DNA of 64,000 nucleotides. Source: Phycisphaerae bacterium. Lineage in GTDB: Bacteria > Planctomycetota > Phycisphaerae > UBA1845. Shown here piece by piece: positions 1 through 8,669 of this stretch. The translations under genes were made by a program, and so were the position numbers. The stretch lies in the NCBI GenBank assembly GCA_963666835.2, contig CAXXGO010000005.1, positions 32,001 to 96,000 on the forward strand, given 5' to 3'. Positions within the stretch are counted from its first letter, which is position 1. Each line of letters begins with the position of its first letter. The notes beneath the pieces were generated by a model, which saw only the letters and a program-made list of their open reading frames with translations, searched no databases and was not told where the DNA came from.

Positions 1-234
1 AACAACGGCGGCGACGAGCAGGACTGTGTCTACTGGTACACTGATTCGGTACCTTCATCCGTGGGAATGTGGGACGACCAAATGTGCATCAGCACCACCC
101 TCGCCATCATCGAGCGCGCCCCCTCTGTCCCCACCGTTTCCGAATGGGGCCTACTCGCGATGGTCCTGCTCGTGCTGACGGCCGGAACGATCGCGTTCGC
201 CGGGAGAAAGCGATGCCACGGACAACGAGGCTGA
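1..234 (+). CDS. 3' end of C-type-lectin-like protein with IPTL-CTERM sorting tail (partial)
   Basis: Frame +1 reads NNGGDEQDCVYW...WDDQMC (C-type lectin end), then VPTVSEWGLLAMVLLVLTAGTIAF plus a basic tail; stop at 232-234. Confidence 0.8.
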   Translation, partial: NNGGDEQDCVYWYTDSVPSSVGMWDDQMCISTTLAIIERAPSVPTVSEWGLLAMVLLVLTAGTIAFAGRKRCHGQRG

Positions 235-360
235 CTCCGAAGATCAGTGACTGGCAGATGCTGCCGCTCGGCTGTGAGCTGGGCGCGCCGGAGAGGGAGC
301 GAGAGGTTCTTCACTGTCTGCTCGACGGGGCGAATGAGCGTGTGGCGGTGTCCTGGAACC
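213..360 (+). pseudogene. Degenerate LuxR-type HTH remnant
   Basis: MPRTTRLTPKISDWQMLPLGCELGAPEREREVLHCLLDGANE aligns with the N-terminus of the 7470-7766 protein (MPRAKQAPKVSDAQLRTLSLQFNLAERETDVFRAILDHADE), then loses similarity. Confidence 0.45.
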
Positions 361-715
361 GGACATTGCGATGTAGTGGGGCGCCCGCTGGCCGACCCAG
401 AGGGTCGCTCGTGCCGGGCGCGGGTTGCGTCCGTACATCTTGTCATGGATATGTTGCAGTGGTTATCCGGCCTGGCGGCCTGGAACGGCCCAGAACCGGG
501 CATTATGTTGCACTGCACGCGGACCAATATGGCCCTCGCGTCCGTCCGTGCGGTCACTAGCCTCCGCACTGCCACTCACGCTGTCTCCCTGCTTCAATCT
601 CAGCTTGGTTTGACATCAGGAACTTGGTTTGCTAATCTGACAGCCTGTCCGCATTGGCTGAGGCCAGAGGGGGGCCATCTCGATTGTGAAGGTAGAGGAA
701 AGGAGCTTGAGAGAG

Positions 716-1555
716 ATGTCAAGGGTTCAACTCTTTGTTTTGTTTGCGCCGGTATTGAGCTTTGGGTTTACTGTCTCTGCCGCGACCGTGCAGTTCGCGC
801 CAGTGGCTTCAAACCCGGCTTTCCTGCTGGAATCTGAGAATCTCTACAATCCAGGCGGCATCGAGCGCAGTTGGTATGGACACGTCTTGACTAACGCCGG
901 ACAACGCGACTTGGCTGGCTTCCGCCAAGAAATGTCAACGCCGGGGCGATACGGCGGCGGAGTTAACTGGGATGGCTTGCCTGACAGGTTCGAGATAGCC
1001 AACTCGATGGGTGTCCCTCTGGATGTTCTTGGCCTTCCTTCTCCTCTCCGGATCATGGCGACAACGAGCGGTGCACCCTTGACGACTGCGACGCTTACCC
1101 CCCCTGACCCCTTGCCGCATCATCCGGCGCCGACGTCGGGTGACAACATGATTGGCCGAGTCTATGAGGGTTGGTTTAGCAGCTCAGTTTCAAGAGAGTT
1201 GACGCTTGAGTTTCAGCCTGCTGGTGGTTTGAAGCTGCATGGGTTCGGAATGGTCATCGTTGACTCCGGCGCCGACAGCGGTGGGTTAACGGTCAGCTTC
1301 TACAACTCTGACACGCTGCTGGATCAGTTCTCTGCCAATGACGGTATACTTTTTCACAACCAGCCAACGAACGACAACTTTGTGGGATATTGGTCGGACA
1401 CCGAGATCACGCGAATCCACATGGAAACGAGTGGTACCGTCATCCGGGGACGATTCGACGATTTGGGGTTGGTTTTCGTTCCAGAGCCAAGCTCATTGCT
1501 GCTGCTTGGCATCGGCGGGTTGGCGGTCATCCGCCGCCGGCGCTGCCTGACCTAA
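716..1555 (+). CDS. PEP-CTERM sorting domain protein
   Basis: Signal peptide; C-terminal VPEPSSLLLLGIGGLAVIRRRR. Confidence 0.85.
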   Translation: MSRVQLFVLFAPVLSFGFTVSAATVQFAPVASNPAFLLESENLYNPGGIERSWYGHVLTNAGQRDLAGFRQEMSTPGRYGGGVNWDGLPDRFEIANSMGVPLDVLGLPSPLRIMATTSGAPLTTATLTPPDPLPHHPAPTSGDNMIGRVYEGWFSSSVSRELTLEFQPAGGLKLHGFGMVIVDSGADSGGLTVSFYNSDTLLDQFSANDGILFHNQPTNDNFVGYWSDTEITRIHMETSGTVIRGRFDDLGLVFVPEPSSLLLLGIGGLAVIRRRRCLT

Positions 1556-1765
1556 GTCTACCAGGTCTCGTCTCTCGACATTCATCACGCCGGACTCTCC
1601 GGGCGGTCGCCTATTAAAACGCGAAGCCGGCAGTATACGCTGAGGCGGACGCAGCACAGAGTGCGTCTCCAATTCCCCTGCTTAGTGGTATATAAAGGAT
1701 GTAAGGTTAATCGGAATGGCGCAATCACCGACACCGCGCTTGGCCAGGACGTCTCCCCGAAGGTG

Positions 1766-2473
1766 CTACGGGTCGCGCTTCAGTATCCGCACCACCGCCG
1801 AGTGACTCCACTGCTTCGACCTGCCCGTCTTAGTAGGGATGCCGCGTTCCGTCAGTTTTTCGGCGATGGCCACGAGGGTGTTCCCGCTCACCCGCATAGC
1901 CTGTATGTCCCGGATTACGGTCTGCTCGGGTTCGTTGGGGATGAGCGCTATCCCGTTTTCGGCCAAGTCGAAACCGTAGGGGACCGTCCCGACTCTCTGA
2001 CCGTTGGACTTCTTCACGGCCATGGCGGACTTGGTTCGCTCGCGGGTGAGGTTGCGTTCCATCTCAGCCGCTCCGGCCAGGACTACCAGCATGAACCTCC
2101 CGGCCGCGCTGGTGGTGTCGATCGCGTTCCCGCCAAGATCGACCACGTGCAGGGCGATTCCCTTCTTGTCCCAACGCTCCACGGTGTTCAGGCAGTCGCC
2201 AGCGTTCCTGAACCCTCGATCGAGCTTCAACATGACCACCGCTCCGGCACGACGCTGCCGGAGACACTCCAGAAGCCGATTCCCGCCTTCTCTGCTGGCT
2301 AACGGCTTCCCGCCCGAAACCCCGGCGTCGACGATTATCTCGGCCAGCGACAAGCCCTTGAGCGTTGCATAGGCCCTGATCCTCTCGGCCTGCGCTTCCA
2401 ACCCGAGCCCGCTACTCGCCTGCTCTTGGGTGCTGACGCGGGTGTACGCGATAGCCTTGGTATTCGTGTCCAT
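1766..2473 (-). CDS. Serine recombinase (resolvase catalytic domain plus short recombinase-type DNA-binding domain)
   Basis: YTRVSTQEQ catalytic Ser motif, KLDRGFR, GRFMLVVLAGAAEMER, G..PYGF. Confidence 0.93.
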   Translation of the reverse strand: MDTNTKAIAYTRVSTQEQASSGLGLEAQAERIRAYATLKGLSLAEIIVDAGVSGGKPLASREGGNRLLECLRQRRAGAVVMLKLDRGFRNAGDCLNTVERWDKKGIALHVVDLGGNAIDTTSAAGRFMLVVLAGAAEMERNLTRERTKSAMAVKKSNGQRVGTVPYGFDLAENGIALIPNEPEQTVIRDIQAMRVSGNTLVAIAEKLTERGIPTKTGRSKQWSHSAVVRILKRDP

Positions 2474-2491
2474 CTTCTTCCCTCCCCGGAG

Positions 2492-3187
2492 TTAGGCCGC
2501 TACCGGAACGGCAGGCGACTTGACCGGCTTGCCCTTGTATCTACGAAGCGTGTCGGGAAGCTGGTCGATAGCGTCCCGGATGTTGTTGCCCTTTAAGTCG
2601 ACTCCACACTTGCCTTGAACGTAGGAAAGGAACCGGAAACCCGGTGGAATCGGTAGGTTCGCTTCTCGCGCGATTCGCTCCAGGTGCTCAGCAACGGCCG
2701 GAGCGCTGGGTTTGCGGAACCGGAACCGGCGCCACCGACTGGCCAGTCCGTCGACTTCGCTCGCCCACGTTGTGCTTGTCGTGGTCCCGATGACGATGAC
2801 GTGATTCGGCAGATTCTCCAGAAGCCCCAGTAACAGGCGCTGGCAATCTCTATTAAGGTGTTGAATCTCATCGACAATGAAGGCGCGTCGCCCCGATCCG
2901 CCCATAGCGAAGCAATACATCGACGCTTCCAGGGCACGGAAGTCCGCAACGCACACGGACCGGCTATCGATCCGCTCGATACTCATATCGGAGCAACCAA
3001 GAGCGCGAGCGGTGACGTAGGCCGCGCTAGTCTTGCCGCAACCGGCAATCCCGTCCGACTCGAATAACCAGCGCTCGCCGCAACCCTCAAACAGCCAATC
3101 GTCCGAGCAGGCTTCCCGGATGTCGTCGATAATCGGCTGGCCGATGAAGTCTTCCCACGTTTGCGGTCGGTATCGTTCACTTAGCAT
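2492..3187 (-). CDS. Short DnaX/clamp-loader-clade AAA+ ATPase
   Basis: LSERYRPQTWEDFIGQ N-terminus, Walker A GIAGCGKTS, Walker B IVDEIQHL, SRC-like SRW. Confidence 0.85.
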   Translation of the reverse strand: MLSERYRPQTWEDFIGQPIIDDIREACSDDWLFEGCGERWLFESDGIAGCGKTSAAYVTARALGCSDMSIERIDSRSVCVADFRALEASMYCFAMGGSGRRAFIVDEIQHLNRDCQRLLLGLLENLPNHVIVIGTTTSTTWASEVDGLASRWRRFRFRKPSAPAVAEHLERIAREANLPIPPGFRFLSYVQGKCGVDLKGNNIRDAIDQLPDTLRRYKGKPVKSPAVPVAA

Positions 3188-3375
3188 GGCGTTCCCCCAA
3201 GGTAACAGGCAGTCGGGATTATCCCGGCGTAGTAGGTGTCCAAGCCGACATCGTCGGTCACGAAGTAGGCGTCCGCGTTATCGCAGTCCTCAGTCGGATC
3301 GAAGACCACGTAGACCGGTTCGTCGCTCTGGCGACTCCGGCGGATTGCTCGGCTTGTGGCCTTTGACAGTTTCAT
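3181..3375 (-). CDS. Hypothetical protein (64 aa)
   Basis: Translationally coupled within the ardC operon; preceded by the repeated GAAAGGCGGTG RBS. Confidence 0.65.
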   Translation of the reverse strand: MKLSKATSRAIRRSRQSDEPVYVVFDPTEDCDNADAYFVTDDVGLDTYYAGIIPTACYLGGTPC

Positions 3376-3653
3376 TAGGACACCGCCTTTCTCGGATGTC
3401 CCCCGGCTTTGGCGAATTCGTAAACCTTCCGACTGCCGGTAGCGTCACAACATCGGCAGGGTGTGCCGTTCCAGCTTGCCCCATGTCCACTACAGGCAGG
3501 GCAGACGTCATCCCGCAAACGAGCGGTTTCGCAGTCGACGTGCCTTGCTCCCTGTCCGCGCTGCCAGTAAATCGAATCGCCAACGCGAATCTCACCGCCA
3601 CAATCCCGACACTTTCCGGCATACTTCGCTCTGATTCTTCTCGCGCCGATCAT
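3375..3653 (-). CDS. Small Cys-rich zinc-finger protein
   Basis: AKYAGKCRDCGGEIRVGD...HVDC, CPACSGHG...CRCCDATG; coupled TAATG junctions. Confidence 0.75.
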   Translation of the reverse strand: MIGARRIRAKYAGKCRDCGGEIRVGDSIYWQRGQGARHVDCETARLRDDVCPACSGHGASWNGTPCRCCDATGSRKVYEFAKAGGHPRKAVS

Positions 3654-3913
3654 TACGCCACCGCCTTTCCGGAGAGAACCGTGAAGCGGTGTCGGCCTAC
3701 CGTGGCTATTTCCTGGAGATTCTCAGCGTCGATCGAACCGTCAAAACAGACGCATTGCCAGCGCACTAGCATTGCCAACGCTTCGATAGTGCATGTCACG
3801 GGTTTGAAGTCCGCCAGTCCGAACCCGTCGAAGATCGATAAGTCGTCCATGTTCAACGGCCGATCGGACCGGGCGATAGCCAATGCGGCGTCAAGGTCGA
3901 TAGCCTTCATCAT
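3653..3913 (-). CDS. Hypothetical protein
   Basis: ATGA overlap with the ardC stop, RBS GAAAGGCGGTG; MMKAIDLDAALAIARS... Confidence 0.7.
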   Translation of the reverse strand: MMKAIDLDAALAIARSDRPLNMDDLSIFDGFGLADFKPVTCTIEALAMLVRWQCVCFDGSIDAENLQEIATVGRHRFTVLSGKAVA

Positions 3914-4773
3914 GCCACCGCCTTTCGGGTCTTGAGGGTCTCGACATCGTCGATAATCTCCCGCGCCGTCTTGCTGATTCGTTCGAGACTCTCGCGCAAG
4001 GCTTTCGAGTCTCCGTCCCAAAGGGCGATATAGCGACTTGCCCGGACTTCGACGTCAAGACCGAAGTGCGCACAAACCACGTAGGCGACCGATTCGGCTT
4101 CAAGCTCCGCCATATTGCGGGTTAAGGCGCCCCGATTCGTCTTGTGTAACGCTTCGTGGGCTAGCTCGTGGGCGAGCGTTTTTGCCTGTTGTCCCGTTTC
4201 GTGGGTGTTGTCGACTTCGATTGAACCGCCCTTGCTGACTCCGAAGACTCCGTCGTCAATCCGCTTGAATTCCAGGGCGATTCCGCGATTCGTGGCAACC
4301 GCTTGCAGATTGGAAAGCAGCGTATCGGCTGCAACGTCGATCGTCGGACAGTCGACGCTTGGTAGGTCTTCCCCGTCGGTTTGCGAAACGTCGAAGACAT
4401 GAACGGCACGGAAGGACACGCCGTGAACGGTCTCTTCCTCCCCGGACGCGGTTGTGACCGCTTTCGCGTAGGGACGCGGTGCGAAGATCATAATGCCGCG
4501 CTCGCCCTTGCGGACATTGCGCCGGAACTTCGTCTTCCAGGCCTTGAACCCCGCAACGCGAGACGCTCCAGGGCATTGCGATAGGATCAAGAGGGAATTG
4601 TGCCAGGAATACCGGTGAAACTTGGCTTGAATGGTCAGATAGGCTTGGAACGTCTCCGAAGCTCGAACCGCGTCAACCGCGTTTGCCAGGGTATCCAGGC
4701 TCTTATCGATTGTCTCGCGGAGTCGCTTCGCCTTGTCCTTCGTCGATTCTCTTGCTACAGTTTCCATCGTCAT
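3910..4773 (-). CDS. ardC: ArdC-like antirestriction ssDNA-binding protein with zincin HExxH domain
   Basis: FHRYSWHNSLLI...VAGFKAWK...VRKGERG...VFDVSQTDG (ArdC N-domain); HELAH...ELEAESVAY...YIALW. Confidence 0.85.
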   Translation of the reverse strand: MTMETVARESTKDKAKRLRETIDKSLDTLANAVDAVRASETFQAYLTIQAKFHRYSWHNSLLILSQCPGASRVAGFKAWKTKFRRNVRKGERGIMIFAPRPYAKAVTTASGEEETVHGVSFRAVHVFDVSQTDGEDLPSVDCPTIDVAADTLLSNLQAVATNRGIALEFKRIDDGVFGVSKGGSIEVDNTHETGQQAKTLAHELAHEALHKTNRGALTRNMAELEAESVAYVVCAHFGLDVEVRASRYIALWDGDSKALRESLERISKTAREIIDDVETLKTRKAVA

Positions 4774-4798
4774 TAGCTCCTTAGTAGCTAGTGGCCAC

Positions 4799-4828
4799 GG
4801 TCCCGGATGTTGGTAGCATCGCGGGACC
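4799..4828 (-). other. Hairpin in the ardC 5' leader
   Basis: GGTCCCG-GATG-ttggtag-CATC-g-CGGGACC inverted repeat. Confidence 0.5.
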
Positions 4829-4848
4829 ACTTGTCATTCCACACCCTC

Positions 4849-4877
4849 ATTATGACACACGTTTGACGCAAAGGCAA
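4849..4877 (-). promoter_or_regulatory. Sigma70-type promoter of the ardC operon
   Basis: TTGCCT-N17-CATAAT on the minus strand. Confidence 0.65.
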
Positions 4878-5465
4878 GAAGAAAATTCGACAACCGTTCC
4901 GTTGTGCAAAAAATGCCAGGATGTGGCACCGTATACAATCTTAATCGGGCAGCCATGTTTCACCCTTGTTTTCAAGGCGTTTCCGGCTGTGTTCCGGTTT
5001 GTTTCCGTATTGTTTGCGGCGAGTCTATGCCGGATGAAGGTGCCTTCAGTCGATGACATAAGCGCGGCACGTTTCAGAGGAAAGGTGGCGACATCGAAGG
5101 CGGAGCACGTCCGGACGGGCGAATCAAGAGACGTTGGGACCCCTATCGGCCTGGAAAAGCTGAACCACACCCCCCGGTCGATCCTGGCGGTACCATCTAG
5201 ACTTAACCCCCCTCCGACGCGCGAGCAGTTTCCGGGCCGGGCAGGCCTGGATAACGCTGGCGGTCCTTTCCGGAGTCGGGTATCGTGTCGGCCATGATCC
5301 GCAAAACCATCCTGTTCGGGTGTGCGTTCGGGGCGATCGTCTACGCCGTTGCCTGGGTTGTTCTGGCCTTTCCGGTCTGCCTTCGCGATAATGGGCCATC
5401 GATTTCGGCTACCGGCTCTTGCTGGCGAGCCCTGCCGCAGCAGAGGTGATGTGAAAGTGAGTAGA

Positions 5466-5843
5466 ATGGAAGAACAAAGATCCAGTGATGAACAAGTCAT
5501 AGACGAGAAGCTATGGCAAGCCTTCTGGCTAGGAGTATGCGTTGCTAATGACCCCTTCGATGTTGAGCCAGAGAAGCTTGGCTCTGATAAGGTCTCTTCC
5601 CTTAGAGCCACGGCCGCTGCCATCCGCGCGAAGGCGCAGAATTTGAGGAGACTAGATGCGTCACTCCGCGAAATAGCGGAGGGCAAGTCTTTGCTGGGGC
5701 CAAACGTCACCGACGGTCTTGACCCGAAGGTCAAACGCCGACTAGACCAACAGGAGCGTGAAAGGCAGAAGCTAGCCCAACGATTAGTTGCGTTTCTGGA
5801 CAGAAAAGACGAGGAGCTGAACCGTTACCGAGAACAGAAGTGA
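5466..5843 (+). CDS. Hypothetical coiled-coil protein
   Basis: ORF MEEQRSS...; charged helical C-terminus; GTGA overlap with the next ORF. Confidence 0.55.
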   Translation: MEEQRSSDEQVIDEKLWQAFWLGVCVANDPFDVEPEKLGSDKVSSLRATAAAIRAKAQNLRRLDASLREIAEGKSLLGPNVTDGLDPKVKRRLDQQERERQKLAQRLVAFLDRKDEELNRYREQK

Positions 5844-6112
5844 GAGCCATTGCTGAACGACCTTGCTTTCTCGCAAGCGCAGTTACGGAATCTCGGAAGC
5901 CCGGCATCCGAGGGACAGTCGGTATGACTCTTCTGCTACTGCTCCAGCCGTTCCTGTTTCTCGTCTCTGTCTACGTCACGCTCGCCTTCATTCGTGACCC
6001 GGCGCGACGCTGGCGCCGGAAAAAGCGAGGCCCGTGCCTGACGTGCGGGTACAGCCTGGAAGGGAACGTGTCGGGAGTGTGTCCGGAATGCGGTTCGGAG
6101 ATCGCGCCATGA
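5840..6112 (+). CDS. Membrane protein with C-terminal zinc ribbon (possibly truncated)
   Basis: TM segment, basic stretch, CLTCGYSLEGNVSGVCPECG. Confidence 0.65.
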   Translation: MRAIAERPCFLASAVTESRKPGIRGTVGMTLLLLLQPFLFLVSVYVTLAFIRDPARRWRRKKRGPCLTCGYSLEGNVSGVCPECGSEIAP

Positions 6113-6678
6113 TTCGCGAGATTCTCAGCATGCTGCGCGCTGCCATTATTGTTGGGTTGACGTTGGGGGCGGTGTCGACGGCATCTGTCGGGGCGTTCCT
6201 GGTTCATGGATCATTATGGCGGTACAAGGGGCCGTCAATCACTGGGGGGGGGCCGACAACCACCCCCTGGTGGTGCGACATCTTCTTCTTGGAAAACGGC
6301 GTGGTATACTTCGATGTTGTTGCATGCCAGCCTTACGAACTGGAATACTGTGTTGGTTTTCCGAGGTCGGCATCTGATGGTCTCAGTAGAGGATCACGCT
6401 TTGAACGATTCATCGGTCTCAACGTCTTCTACCCAAAGGGTCCGTCGTGTGAATGGGGCCTGTCCGCCTACGTATCGCCCAGATTCCTTTGGGTTATCGC
6501 GTGTCTTCTGGCAACCTACCCGGCCGTCACATTCATGCGCGGTCCGCTCCGCCGTCGCCGTCGGCGCAAACGCGGCCTGTGCGTCGGCTGCGGCTACGAC
6601 TTAACCGGCAACATCACGGGTGTCTGTCCCGAGTGCGGCGTCCCGATCGATCCCAAGCAGGATGAGGCTACCGGATGA
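6109..6678 (+). CDS. Membrane protein with C-terminal zinc ribbon
   Basis: Two TM segments; RRRRRRKRGLCVGCGYDLTGNITGVCPECG; ATGA coupling. Confidence 0.8.
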   Translation: MIREILSMLRAAIIVGLTLGAVSTASVGAFLVHGSLWRYKGPSITGGGPTTTPWWCDIFFLENGVVYFDVVACQPYELEYCVGFPRSASDGLSRGSRFERFIGLNVFYPKGPSCEWGLSAYVSPRFLWVIACLLATYPAVTFMRGPLRRRRRRKRGLCVGCGYDLTGNITGVCPECGVPIDPKQDEATG

Positions 6679-7175
6679 CCACCATGCGGACCATCTCTCG
6701 GAAACGACGAATCCTGAAGTGGGCGGGGTCGGTGGCGTACGTTCTTTTGGCGACAACGCTCATCTTATCACGATGGTGGACCGCGGGTTGGCTCGGCGGG
6801 ACCTACATTGTAGTCACCAAAGGTGGCGCGGTAGTGGTCACCGTTCTTGACCAGACCGGACGTGAACTTGGCTGGAAGGTCCGCCGGAACGTCCCCACTT
6901 CACGCATGGACTGGTGGTTTCGCCGCACCCCGGCGAACCTCTCCGGGATGTCGGTCTTCGCCACCCCTCTCTGGGCACCCCTGGTTGGGATCGGCCTCCC
7001 GACATTCTTGGCATGGCGGCGCGATCGCCGGATTCCGCCCGGTCACTGTGCGAGCTGCGGTTACGATCTGACGGGCAACGTCTCGGGCCGGTGTTCGGAG
7101 TGCGGAACGCCCGTGCCCCAGCAAACAACTTGCGACGACGGGATACCCCGGTCTCCGGAGGATGAAAACAAGTGA
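6675..7175 (+). CDS. Membrane protein with C-terminal zinc ribbon
   Basis: PLWAPL...RRIPPGHCASCGYDLTGNVSGRCSECG; ATGA coupling. Confidence 0.8.
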   Translation: MTTMRTISRKRRILKWAGSVAYVLLATTLILSRWWTAGWLGGTYIVVTKGGAVVVTVLDQTGRELGWKVRRNVPTSRMDWWFRRTPANLSGMSVFATPLWAPLVGIGLPTFLAWRRDRRIPPGHCASCGYDLTGNVSGRCSECGTPVPQQTTCDDGIPRSPEDENK

Positions 7176-7469
7176 CCGCTGGAAGGACTCGGCGCACGGA
7201 GCAAGCGGCGGGGGGATCTGGCATCATGGCCGCAAGGTACCTTGCGATCGAACGCAACGGGTGGGGTGTTGCGCACTGCCGGCGGGAGAGTGAGGAGCTT
7301 GAAGGCAAGATCGTGAAGAACTTCCGCAACTAGCGGGAGCTGCAAGCCAACGCCATTTCGCTGGGGAGAGCACGATCAGACCGCCGCGGCCATTCTGTCC
7401 GTCTCCGCCCGCGACCACGAACACATCTGTTACGAATTCAACTCCCGATGGTCAGTCTCACCCGCCATG

Positions 7470-7766
7470 TCACGCGCCGCGCCCCCCGAAGCTCGGATGT
7501 CCGCGCTTGGCGAGGGCAGCGCACTCCCCGGCCACGCGGCGAAGCATGCCAGTTCGGTCATTCACGCTGAGCAGACGATACAGCCGGTAGGTGTACGTGC
7601 GAGCCGTGCAGTCCCGGACGCCCAGCGACTCTGCGATTGCCGCTTCGTCGGCATGGTCGAGTATCGCCCGAAACACGTCAGTCTCTCGTTCTGCGAGGTT
7701 GAACTGTAAGCTCAGCGTCCGTAACTGTGCGTCTGAGACTTTTGGGGCCTGTTTGGCTCTTGGCAA
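7470..7766 (-). CDS. Stand-alone LuxR-family HTH regulator
   Basis: LAERETDVFRAI...AIAESLGVRDCTARTYTYRLYRLLSVNDR. Confidence 0.8.
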   Translation of the reverse strand: MPRAKQAPKVSDAQLRTLSLQFNLAERETDVFRAILDHADEAAIAESLGVRDCTARTYTYRLYRLLSVNDRTGMLRRVAGECAALAKRGHPSFGGRGA

Positions 7767-7780
7767 GGTCCGCCCTCCTA

Positions 7781-8077
7781 TTACGCTCCCGCCGGCGTCG
7801 CGAACTGTGGGTGCTTCCGCCGGGGCATCTTCGCGTATGTGGCGAACACGAGCAAGACCAGTTGACTGCGGCTATGCACTCCCAGCCGTTGGTACATCCG
7901 GCAGAAGTGCGTATGGACCGTAACGGGCGAGATGTACAGTTCGTCCGCGATCTCGATCTGTCGTTTGCCCTGGAGCACGCACCGGACGATGTCCAGCTCT
8001 CGACCGGAGATGCTCATACTCTCGCCCGACGTCCAGAGCTGGGCTATCGTGATCGGCGGGATCTGATTAGTCGGCAT
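7781..8077 (-). CDS. Stand-alone LuxR-family HTH regulator
   Basis: ISGRELDIVRCVLQG...IADELYISPVTVHTHFCRMYQRLGVHSRSQL. Confidence 0.88.
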   Translation of the reverse strand: MPTNQIPPITIAQLWTSGESMSISGRELDIVRCVLQGKRQIEIADELYISPVTVHTHFCRMYQRLGVHSRSQLVLLVFATYAKMPRRKHPQFATPAGA

Positions 8078-8269
8078 AGCGGCCTTTCGTCAGGGAGAAG
8101 GGGATGTAGCTGATTGTCCGCCAGTCGAGTCCATGCCGACAAAACGCCGGTGCCGTCACGCTGACCGGCCCCGCTCCCGCGGAAGCTCCTCAGCCCAGGA
8201 CCCATCGTAGCCCGCCAGGCCACCGGACGGAAGAAGCGCAGAATCAGTGATGCCCCCTTTCCCTTTTTG

Positions 8270-8458
8270 GTTCCCGAGCAAGTCCATCGACCAAGTGTGA
8301 GCCGTGGGCTTCCCGTCCTCCGGCGTCTCGAACCCGTCGGGCTGCCCGTCCCCATCGAACGTGAACTCCCCCGATTCGGCAAGAATCAGCCGGTTCAGCC
8401 GGTCGTAGCGATAGAGGTAAGATCGATCGTTGTCGTGCCCGGCCTGCGTGATCTCAGC
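8270..8458 (-). pseudogene. Orphan Rhs core fragment
   Basis: AEITQAGHDNDRSYLYRYDRLNRLILAESG...WSMDLLGN matches main Rhs AKINQAGHANNRSFLYGYDNLNRLVYAERG...WNLDVLGN; no start codon. Confidence 0.75.
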
Positions 8459-8669
8459 CTAGGGGTGGTTCCCAACCGTGCTCGCCCGGAAGCGTTGGCC
8501 GTTTCACCCTACCCGCGCTGGGTATAGCCGAACGCCAAGATCCCGACGGCGGTGTCCAGGACTCCGTCCATGCACCCCCGAACGCGGCACCCCGAAAAGC
8601 GACGTGGGCGTAATCAGTATGGTGTCCCCCGAATTGCCACCGAATTGCCAGAAGATCGAGTGGAATTGA

